The notes below the pieces were generated by a model. The model saw only the letters and a list, made by a program, of their open reading frames with translations, was not told where the DNA came from and did no database searches. Position numbers and translations under genes: made by a program. From a virus, in IMG/VR virus record IMGVR_UViG_3300049783_001607: a DNA stretch of 64,000 nt; one strand, given 5' to 3'. Within the stretch, counting starts at the first letter, position 1. Each line of letters starts with the position of its first letter. Positions 30,175-36,630 of this stretch are shown piece after piece.

Positions 30175-30295
30175 ACCTATATAATACTAAATATTATTGA
30201 TTACTAAAAGCTTAATGTTAACCTATTTAAGGTAGTATCTAAACACTTCCTTGTAGGGGCTCTATAAGTACACTGATAATCAACACGTTATAGAA

Positions 30296-30345
30296 GGTTG
30301 AGGGTCAAAAGTTACATGTTTGAGGGTCAATTACTGCAGGTTTTA
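30296..30345. repeat. Iteron-like repeats GAGGGTCAA, second cluster
   Basis: ggttgagggtcaaaagttacatgtttgagggtcaattactgcaggtttta. Confidence 0.65.
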
Positions 30346-30359
30346 TTTATAAAAATATA

Positions 30360-30725
30360 CTATCTAACAAATTTACTATTTACTTCGTGTATTCTATTAA
30401 CAAGCCAGCCTAGTAGATAGCATTCTGCCTCATCATTATGCCTGTCTAGCAGCTGATCAACGTCTATAAATATTTTATTTACTAAATGTTTAGCTTCGTG
30501 TGCAATTATACCTGGAGTAGGATATTGCTTACTAGACGCATAAAAACAGCAATAGTGATGGTTGTTTAAAGTATATACAAACCCATCATATTTTCGGTGG
30601 TTAAATTCTAAATAAATATCCTTTTTTTTAAAGAATTTATCTAGTTTTTTAGGAGAAGAGTAAACAATCACTGTGAAAGTAAGACCATACAAAGGAGTAC
30701 GAAAATTTTTTTTTAGTAGTTTCAT
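30360..30725 (-). CDS. Small HExxH metallopeptidase-like protein
   Basis: IIAHEAKH...EAECY; TACCTTTG promoter directly upstream. Confidence 0.7.
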   Translation of the reverse strand: MKLLKKNFRTPLYGLTFTVIVYSSPKKLDKFFKKKDIYLEFNHRKYDGFVYTLNNHHYCCFYASSKQYPTPGIIAHEAKHLVNKIFIDVDQLLDRHNDEAECYLLGWLVNRIHEVNSKFVR

Positions 30726-30854
30726 ACTTCAAAGGTAACAATTAAAAATTAAAGTAGTATCTTTATAGAAAGAAATACTTTGCGCCAACCGGGCATGTAT
30801 CGCTACCTTCTCGTTGGACACTATAGCCTCTATTTATTTAGAGGCTATTTTTTG

Positions 30855-30930
30855 TGGGATGAGTAAGAATCGAACTTACGCAATGTCGCTGGGCTTCAAC
30901 CAACCGCTCTACCAACTGAGCTATCACCCC
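30855..30930 (-). tRNA. tRNA-Phe(GAA)
   Basis: Cloverleaf; anticodon loop TTGAAGC. Confidence 0.92.
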
Positions 30931-30940
30931 ATTATTTTTG

Positions 30941-31014
30941 CGCGGCCGGAGAGACTCGAACTCCCGACACCTGGTTTTGGAGACCAGTGCTCTGGCCAAC
31001 TGAGCTACACCCGC
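30941..31014 (-). tRNA. tRNA-Trp(CCA)
   Basis: ctggt-CTCCAAA-accag. Confidence 0.93.
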
Positions 31015-31025
31015 ATTTATTATTG

Positions 31026-31099
31026 AACGTCTGATGGGACTCGAACCCATGATCTTTCAGATTTGCAGTCTTTTTCCTTAGCCGCTCGGACACAGACGT
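31026..31099 (-). tRNA. tRNA-Cys(GCA)
   Basis: Loop CTGCAAA, U73. Confidence 0.9.
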
Positions 31100-31111
31100 A
31101 TTTAATAATAG

Positions 31112-31186
31112 CTCCTTAGGTTGGACTCGAACCAACAACCCCCGCATTAACAGTGCGATGCTCTAACCAGTTATAGCTACTAAGGA
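31112..31186 (-). tRNA. tRNA-Asn(GTT)
   Basis: tcgca-CTGTTAA-tgcgg. Confidence 0.93.
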
Positions 31187-31325
31187 ATATTTATATATTT
31201 GTAAACATAAAGCCAGTTCATATGAGGCTACAGAAACATCATCTATATCTTTAGCCCAAGTAACTATACCGTTAGGTAACACCACTTTTAAAAACCCGTC
31301 TTCTTGTTTAGTTATAATCATATTG

Positions 31326-31410
31326 TAGAAAGAAGAGGACACGAACCCCAAGGTATTACCCTCCCACTCCTTAGCAAGGAGGCCCAGTACGCCTGCCTGG
31401 TTTACTTTCT
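31326..31410 (-). tRNA. tRNA-Ser(GCT)
   Basis: ctcc-TTGCTAA-ggag, long variable arm. Confidence 0.85.
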
Positions 31411-31416
31411 ATTTTG

Positions 31417-31499
31417 CAGAGAATAAAGGAATCGAACCCTCAAGTATAACCTTGGCACGGCGTTCAAAACCGCTTATGCACCGCTGCATGCTACTCTCT
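31417..31499 (-). tRNA. tRNA-Ser(TGA)
   Basis: gcggt-TTTGAAC-gccgt, long variable arm. Confidence 0.87.
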
Positions 31500-31504
31500 A
31501 ATTG

Positions 31505-31594
31505 TGGGAATGATAGGATTCGAACCTATAATGGGGTCTTTCAACACCTACAGATTTACAGTCTGCTCGCTTCAGCCAATTTGCATACACGCCC
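31505..31594 (-). tRNA. tRNA-Tyr(GTA)
   Basis: gcaga-CTGTAAA-tctgt, long variable arm. Confidence 0.92.
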
Positions 31595-31604
31595 GATTTA
31601 AAAC

Positions 31605-31636
31605 AAAAAAAAAGACCCATTAATTAAAATGAGCCT
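31605..31636 (-). terminator. Attenuator terminator of tRNA operon C
   Basis: AGGCUCAUU/AAUGGGUCU stem plus long U tract, about 10 nt before tRNA-Tyr. Confidence 0.85.
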
Positions 31637-31661
31637 CTAGTTTGGTTGTATATTTTCTTAA

Positions 31662-31736
31662 TTACCCAAATAGCTCATCTGATCCGTTATAAAACGAATT
31701 ACAGAAATTACTATATGACCAACTTGTTACTTTCAC
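31662..31736 (-). CDS. Leader peptide C, MKVTSWSYSNFCNSFYNGSDELFG (GTG start)
   Basis: 13 consecutive codons for Ser/Trp/Tyr/Asn/Phe/Cys, the tRNAs downstream. Confidence 0.88.
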   Translation of the reverse strand: MKVTSWSYSNFCNSFYNGSDELFG

Positions 31737-31758
31737 TGTATTATTATTATTTAAGATG

Positions 31759-31766
31759 CAAATGTA
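31759..31766 (-). promoter_or_regulatory. -7 promoter element of tRNA operon C
   Basis: TACATTTG matches Bacteroidota TAnnTTTG. Confidence 0.8.
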
Positions 31767-31830
31767 CTACTTTATTTGTAATTATAAAAGAAAAAAATAC
31801 TTTTAATGGTTATTATTGCCTTGGGCTCCC

Positions 31831-32025
31831 TTAGTGATAGGGATAATTGTCATAAGTATCTTGGAAATACGATTGCCAAATAACCTGTTCTGTAGTAGTA
31901 ATAAGCTTAAATTTTTTCCAGGCCCCTTTGGGAAAAAGCTCTTTTACTGTATTAACTACATCAGCTATATTTGTACTTTCGGTAACTTCGATAGTTTTTT
32001 TTGTGGTATCTATTGTTAATTTCAT
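31831..32025 (-). CDS. Hypothetical protein
   Basis: 64 aa ORF coupled to 32022..32348. Confidence 0.65.
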   Translation of the reverse strand: MKLTIDTTKKTIEVTESTNIADVVNTVKELFPKGAWKKFKLITTTEQVIWQSYFQDTYDNYPYH

Positions 32026-32348
32026 TTATTTAAAAGTTTGAATGCTTTTTCTAAATCTATAAAAAAAATTAAAGGTTTATCCCCTATCAAAGTAGAATGC
32101 ACTTCATCTGAAAGTCGATTTTTGCTAAATTCAACACTGCCAGAATGTATGTCCCATTTAATTGAATTAATTGATTCTTTTCTTTGAATATAAGTAGCAG
32201 ATCCAGAAGAGTCTACATATTCAATCTCATCTTCTCTTTCGTATATTCTAAGCGAGCCTATTGGCATTTTAGTGTTTTGATTTTTAAAACTATTATCAAA
32301 GACTATAGTAGATAATGTTTCCGTCTTTCTTATTTGTTTATTTTTCAT
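32022..32348 (-). CDS. Hypothetical protein
   Basis: 108 aa; TACCTTTG promoter 4 nt upstream. Confidence 0.7.
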   Translation of the reverse strand: MKNKQIRKTETLSTIVFDNSFKNQNTKMPIGSLRIYEREDEIEYVDSSGSATYIQRKESINSIKWDIHSGSVEFSKNRLSDEVHSTLIGDKPLIFFIDLEKAFKLLNK

Positions 32349-32427
32349 AAATCAAAGGTAGTAAAAATAATGTTAACATGCAATAAGACAGCATTGTAAC
32401 CTGTATTTTACTATTTTAAATACTAAG

Positions 32428-32505
32428 TGGTCCTGGAGTGAATCGAACACTCATGTGACCTAGTTACGATTTCAACTGATTATGAGTCAGAGCCGATACA
32501 GGACC
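32428..32505 (-). tRNA. Atypical tRNA(CAT), probable Ile2 (lysidine), lacking a D-arm
   Basis: Perfect GGTCCTG/CAGGACC acceptor, GAGTG-TTCGATT-CACTC T-arm, ctga-CTCATAA-tcag. Confidence 0.7.
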
Positions 32506-32513
32506 TTAATTAG

Positions 32514-32587
32514 AAGAGGTAGAGGGATTCAAACCCCCAATCGGCAGGATAGAAACCCGCTGCGTTATTCAGTTACGCCATACCTCC
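32514..32587 (-). tRNA. tRNA-Arg(TCT)
   Basis: gcggg-TTTCTAT-cctgc. Confidence 0.88.
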
Positions 32588-32631
32588 ATTACATAGTTTT
32601 AAGTAAATTTAGGTAACTACAGACCTAGTTG

Positions 32632-33108
32632 TTATCCATGTATTTCTTTTAGTTTGGCTGAAGATAAAAGTACCATAACTAGTATTTCAGCTAATAAAAA
32701 AGATATATAATCTGTAAAATAACCTATAACAAATACGCTTACTGCTGAAATAACTACTGCAATACCTACTTTTTTATCTAAAGATGTCTCCCTGTTCCAT
32801 AACAGTGTAAAACAAGCTAATAAAATTGTAACTACAGTAACTATATTATGTAAACTTGTATGTTTATACATATCAAAAGCTAAAATTAATCCCATACCTA
32901 AAGCTAATAGATATTCAGTAGCGTATTTTTTTACTCGTGCATTCAAAAGAAAAAACCAAGAAGCAGTCAAGTGCATTAAATTATAAAATACATTATTATC
33001 AGCCGTAGCGTAAGCACTTAAAGAAGTTAAATCTTCTCCTCTTGTAACCCATATAAGAGCTGAAAATAAAATAGATAATAAAAGCAATATTGTTTTTAAC
33101 AGTTTCAT
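32632..33108 (-). CDS. Multi-pass membrane protein inside tRNA operon B
   Basis: About 6 hydrophobic segments. Confidence 0.75.
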   Translation of the reverse strand: MKLLKTILLLLSILFSALIWVTRGEDLTSLSAYATADNNVFYNLMHLTASWFFLLNARVKKYATEYLLALGMGLILAFDMYKHTSLHNIVTVVTILLACFTLLWNRETSLDKKVGIAVVISAVSVFVIGYFTDYISFLLAEILVMVLLSSAKLKEIHG

Positions 33109-33194
33109 AGTAATATAAGTTTAGTTTGAGTAAAAATACAACAATTAGCTGTAAATTCAAAGTTACTTTGCAATGATTAAATTTATTATTTTTG

Positions 33195-33267
33195 TACAGT
33201 GGGTAGGAATCGAACCTACGACATCTTTCGTGTAAAAAAAGCGCTACTACCGCTGAGCTACCACTGC
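33195..33267 (-). tRNA. tRNA-Val(TAC)
   Basis: ctttt-TTTACAC-gaaag. Confidence 0.88.
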
Positions 33268-33359
33268 AAGTAGGACCAATTATTTTATTAATCGGTCCCG
33301 ATAAAAGACCTATTTTGGGACACTTCAAAACTTCACGAGAGGTGTAATAGGTACTGTTG

Positions 33360-33432
33360 ATCCCAAGGTCAGGTTCGAACTGACGACATGCTCCTTACAA
33401 AAAAGCCGCTCTACCAACTGAGCTACTCGGGA
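33360..33432 (-). tRNA. tRNA-Thr(TGT)
   Basis: gcttt-TTTGTAA-ggagc. Confidence 0.88.
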
Positions 33433-33525
33433 ATGTCAAAGCTAAGGTATTCTCACGTCGATCGTTACCTATAAGGATGATAGCCCCTTGCTTTGATAGT
33501 TGTCTAGGATATCGCCTAAACTCTG

Positions 33526-33600
33526 CAGTCTATACGGGATTCGAACCCGTGATCTCCGCCGTGACAGGGCAGCGTCCACTCCTGGCTGGACCGATAGACT
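33526..33600 (-). tRNA. tRNA-Asp(GTC)
   Basis: ctgcc-CTGTCAC-ggcgg, G73. Confidence 0.93.
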
Positions 33601-33659
33601 ATTTGTGCCCTATCTAAAACCCTTTCCGGGAAAAGCCGCTGAGCACGTCTTAATTCTTG

Positions 33660-33732
33660 TGGCGAGAGAGGGATTCGAACCCCCGACCTGATGGTTATGA
33701 GCCACCCGAGCTGGCCACTGCTCTATCTCGCT
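33660..33732 (-). tRNA. tRNA-Met(CAT), initiator-like
   Basis: 1:72 mismatch, GAGC/GCTC D-stem, loop CTCATAA. Confidence 0.88.
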
Positions 33733-33741
33733 ATATTTTTG

Positions 33742-33813
33742 TTGCGACGATGGGATTTGAACCCATGACCTAGTAGATATGAACCACTTGCTCTACCTCT
33801 GAGCTACATCGCG
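33742..33813 (-). tRNA. tRNA-Met(CAT)
   Basis: agtgg-TTCATAT-ctact; C1:A72 mismatch, so initiator vs elongator is ambiguous. Confidence 0.85.
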
Positions 33814-33950
33814 ATATGTTTATACAATAAATCTTCTTCGTTTTTTCCAGGTTGCACGTTTCGATTTGTTAAATAAAAAAGAGTTATCTCTTCTAACTTC
33901 TTCTCTAGTTTTTACTTGTTCACTCATTTTCTTACTTTATTAATTATTTG

Positions 33951-34024
33951 TGCAGGATGCGAGGATCGAACTCGCTCTGTTCTAGATTGGAAGTCTAGCG
34001 CACCACCACTTATGCGTATCCTGC
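33951..34024 (-). tRNA. tRNA-Gly(TCC)
   Basis: ctaga-CTTCCAA-tctag. Confidence 0.92.
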
Positions 34025-34270
34025 GTTTGTTGGAACAGATGGATTTGAACCGCCGACATTCGTAGTATCAGTACGATGCTCTACCCCTGAGCTATGCTCC
34101 ATTATTTCTTTTCTTACTTCTTCATCTAAAAATTTTTTGTTCTTATTTTTTCTAGCTTCAAGTCCTATACCTTGACAATACCAGCAGTTACATTCATACC
34201 TTCTTTCTAGCTCTCTTTTACTATCAGTATACTTTTTATTAAATTTATTTTTTCTATATGTTCTACTCAT
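34010..34270 (-). CDS. Small basic CxCxxC protein within tRNA operon, reading through tRNA-Ile
   Basis: MSRTYRK...CNCWYC. Confidence 0.6.
   Translation of the reverse strand: MSRTYRKNKFNKKYTDSKRELERRYECNCWYCQGIGLEARKNKNKKFLDEEVRKEIMEHSSGVEHRTDTTNVGGSNPSVPTNAGYA
34030..34101 (-). tRNA. tRNA-Ile(GAT)
   Basis: tcgta-CTGATAC-tacga. Confidence 0.92.
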
Positions 34271-34282
34271 AATTAAATTTTG

Positions 34283-34354
34283 TGCCTCTGGCCAGTACTG
34301 ATCTGGCGGTCCTCTGTTTAAAAGACAGATGCTTTACCATTAAGCTACAAAGGC
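34283..34354 (-). tRNA. tRNA-Lys(TTT) with atypical T-loop
   Basis: tctgt-CTTTTAA-acaga; T-loop ATCAGTA. Confidence 0.85.
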
Positions 34355-34514
34355 AATATCCCCTGCAACTAGTCAGGAGTAATTAACGTTTAAACTTCTT
34401 AATAAATTTTTTCATAATTTTTAACGGTGAAATGTTTGCTCCACTAAATCTCATACTATTAGCAGAAAATAAATATTCATGTTTGTTCATATCATTATAA
34501 TTTAGTTAATGTTG

Positions 34515-34587
34515 TGGAATCGGAGGGAATCGAACCCTCAGGACTGTCGTTGCAAACGAAAGTGTCTAGCCAATACAACACGACCCC
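34515..34587 (-). tRNA. tRNA-Ala(TGC)
   Basis: G3.U70, loop TTTGCAA. Confidence 0.88.
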
Positions 34588-34589
34588 AT

Positions 34590-34621
34590 AAAAAAAGCTC
34601 CTATCTTTCGAAAGGAGCTTT
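34590..34621 (-). terminator. Attenuator terminator of tRNA operon B
   Basis: AAAGCUCCU/AGGAGCUUU stem, GAAA loop, U tract, 2 nt before tRNA-Ala. Confidence 0.88.
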
Positions 34622-34643
34622 ATGTTGTTTGTAATGTTTTAAA

Positions 34644-34724
34644 TTATCCACATATAACGTCCTTCCAAAGAGCTTGATCTCTCCCTGTTTTAACCGTAAC
34701 CGCTATGTTCATAATTGTTTTCAT
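34644..34724 (-). CDS. Leader peptide B, MKTIMNIAVTVKTGRDQALWKDVICG
   Basis: 15 of first 16 codons read by the 11 downstream tRNAs. Confidence 0.88.
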   Translation of the reverse strand: MKTIMNIAVTVKTGRDQALWKDVICG

Positions 34725-34755
34725 TGAAAATTGTTCTTTTTTTTACTATTGGTTG

Positions 34756-34763
34756 CAAATGTA
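34756..34763 (-). promoter_or_regulatory. -7 promoter element of tRNA operon B
   Basis: TACATTTG. Confidence 0.8.
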
Positions 34764-34810
34764 CTTCATTATATTATACTTTCCTAACAAAAAATAAATT
34801 ATTTGTATAG

Positions 34811-34885
34811 AATCTCTCCAGGGACTCGAACCCCGAATCTCTTAGTTCGTAGCTAAGTGCTTTAATCCAATTAAGCTAGAGAGAT
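34811..34885 (-). tRNA. tRNA-Arg(ACG)
   Basis: cttag-CTACGAA-ctaag. Confidence 0.92.
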
Positions 34886-34904
34886 ATTTATAAAGGTAAT
34901 ATTG

Positions 34905-34990
34905 TGCCCAAAGCGAGAGTCGAACTCGCACGACCTTTACAGATCCACAGATTTTAAGTCTGCTATGTCTACCAATTCCATCATGAAGGC
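34905..34990 (-). tRNA. tRNA-Leu(TAA)
   Basis: gcaga-CTTAAAA-tctgt, long variable arm. Confidence 0.9.
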
Positions 34991-35082
34991 ATTATAACGT
35001 CGTCGGGAATCACCTAGCTGCACTCATCTTATCTAGGATTAAAGTTTCGACACCTATCTGCTTATTATTTTCCCAACTATTG

Positions 35083-35168
35083 TGTCTACGAAGGGATTCG
35101 AACCCATAAACTTTTTCAAGAACTGGTTCCTAAGACCAGCGCGTTTACCCAATTTTCGCCACATAGAC
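35083..35168 (-). tRNA. tRNA-Leu(TAG)
   Basis: ctggt-CTTAGGA-accag, long variable arm. Confidence 0.92.
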
Positions 35169-35228
35169 AAATTACGATTTCAAAAACTTCTTGTACAGAA
35201 GATAACCTAATCGTTTGGTTAATTTGTG

Positions 35229-35302
35229 GGTGAAAGCTGGGGCTCGAACCCAGGGCTCCAGGACCACAACCTAGCGCTTTAGCCGGTTAAGCGACAATCA
35301 CC
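35229..35302 (-). tRNA. tRNA-His(GTG)
   Basis: ctagg-TTGTGGT-cctgg; G-1:C73. Confidence 0.9.
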
Positions 35303-35336
35303 ATATAATCTATATATTGTATATATAAATTGATAG

Positions 35337-35407
35337 ATGAGGTAAAGAGGCTCGAACTCTTGATTCGGCCGTCAAAGGGCCGCGTGTTACCGCTACACCA
35401 TACCTCA
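35337..35407 (-). tRNA. tRNA-Gln(TTG)
   Basis: cggcc-CTTTGAC-ggccg; U1-A72. Confidence 0.92.
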
Positions 35408-35418
35408 TTATTACATTG

Positions 35419-35490
35419 TACTGCGACGGAGAATCGAACTCCGGTTACCAAGGTGAAAGCCTGGCGTCTTAGCCACTGGACGACCGCAGC
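35419..35490 (-). tRNA. tRNA-Glu(TTC)
   Basis: ccagg-CTTTCAC-cttgg. Confidence 0.92.
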
Positions 35491-35523
35491 ATATTTTATA
35501 TCCGCTCATGATATAAATTATTG

Positions 35524-35600
35524 TCTAAGAAGTGAGAATCGAACTCACGAATCTCTTGTTTCCAAAACAAGCGGGTTCTTCCGTCTGCCCTAGCCCCTAG
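35524..35600 (-). tRNA. tRNA-Pro(TGG)
   Basis: cttgt-TTTGGAA-acaag; C1-G72, A73. Confidence 0.88.
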
Positions 35601-35615
35601 AATTTATTATAAACT

Positions 35616-35645
35616 AAAAAAACCTTCTAAATTAATAGAAGGTTT
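35616..35645 (-). terminator. Attenuator terminator of tRNA operon A
   Basis: AAACCUUCUA/UAGAAGGUUU stem plus U tract, 15 nt before tRNA-Pro. Confidence 0.88.
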
Positions 35646-35674
35646 CTTTATGTGTTTAATTATGACAGTTAAAT

Positions 35675-35758
35675 TCAGCCAAGATCGAGTACAAGATTCC
35701 TTCCATTGATTAACAACGGTTGTTCCAGTAATTCGATATGACGTAATGATCTGTTCAT
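35675..35758 (-). CDS. Leader peptide A, MNRSLRHIELLEQPLLINGRNLVLDLG
   Basis: 11 of codons 5-16 read by the 7 downstream tRNAs. Confidence 0.88.
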   Translation of the reverse strand: MNRSLRHIELLEQPLLINGRNLVLDLG

Positions 35759-35762
35759 ATTG

Positions 35763-35770
35763 CAAATATA
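35763..35770 (-). promoter_or_regulatory. -7 promoter element of tRNA operon A
   Basis: TATATTTG 4 nt before leader ATG. Confidence 0.8.
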
Positions 35771-35838
35771 CAATTATAGTTTAATATATAACTAATAAAA
35801 GAAAAATATTTTGTATATTTATCGATTAAAGACTTATT

Positions 35839-36630
35839 ATGGCCGATAAACCTAACAGAATTAAAATTGATACTCATAGAGGGAAAGAAAATACTGCTTT
35901 CGGTAAGCATTCAAGAGTACCTTTTAATATAGAAGATCTTGATTCTAGAAGTCTTTTAATCCTAGCTTTTATAGACATCGATCAATTTTTAGACTCGAAA
36001 TTTAAAACTAAAAACATTAGACGAATTATAAGACTGGAGGATTTTTCTTTTACTTTAGGTGTAAGTAAAAACACGGTTAAAAAGTGTTTAAAAGAATTGG
36101 AGACTAAAGAGTTAATAACTTCTACATATAAACACAGTGTAGGTACTTCGTATATATCTAATATAGTCAAACTGCATGTAAAATATCAAATAATAACTTA
36201 CTCATTTATTTCTAGACAGGATTTATCTCATTCAGTAAAAGCTTTTATATTAAAGGTTATAATGCTTGGAGAAAATAGAATATCTAACATACGAAACGTT
36301 ACAGCTTTAGTAAAAGAAACTAGTACTCCAAGAAGAAAAGTAAATGAAGTTTTGGACTCTTTGTTATTGCAAGGATATATATTGGATCATCCTACAGAAA
36401 AGTCAATTCAAATATTGGATGTATCTGGTATAATGTTAGATTCGGAAGAAAAGTTAATGCTTGAACACAGACAATTAAGAGAAGCCATATCTTTTTATGA
36501 AACTAATCTTCCTACTTTTAGTGAAGATGATACAGAAGAGATTTCTAGATTAAAGTCTGAAGTAGGGAGACTACTTAAAAAAATAGAAATGATCCAAAAT
36601 GGCAAAAGTAAAAATCATAAAAAGACATAG
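35839..36630 (+). CDS. Winged helix-turn-helix DNA-binding protein (replication initiator/regulator-like)
   Basis: LGVSKNTVKKCLKELETKELI HTH; second HTH-like segment; C-terminal coiled coil. Confidence 0.65.
   Translation: MADKPNRIKIDTHRGKENTAFGKHSRVPFNIEDLDSRSLLILAFIDIDQFLDSKFKTKNIRRIIRLEDFSFTLGVSKNTVKKCLKELETKELITSTYKHSVGTSYISNIVKLHVKYQIITYSFISRQDLSHSVKAFILKVIMLGENRISNIRNVTALVKETSTPRRKVNEVLDSLLLQGYILDHPTEKSIQILDVSGIMLDSEEKLMLEHRQLREAISFYETNLPTFSEDDTEEISRLKSEVGRLLKKIEMIQNGKSKNHKKT

Noticed and set aside
33268-33660. Theta (HDV-like) ribozymes after tRNAs
   Set aside because: Could not build the nested double pseudoknot immediately at any tRNA 3' end by eye
30814-35593. ORF-track entries 30814, 30838, 30932, 32999, 33500, 35330
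   Set aside because: They overlap tRNA genes; shadow ORFs
31605-35770. T-box riboswitches as the tRNA operon leaders
   Set aside because: Leaders are short, lack the T-box UGGNACC bulge and stem I, and instead contain codon-matched ORFs
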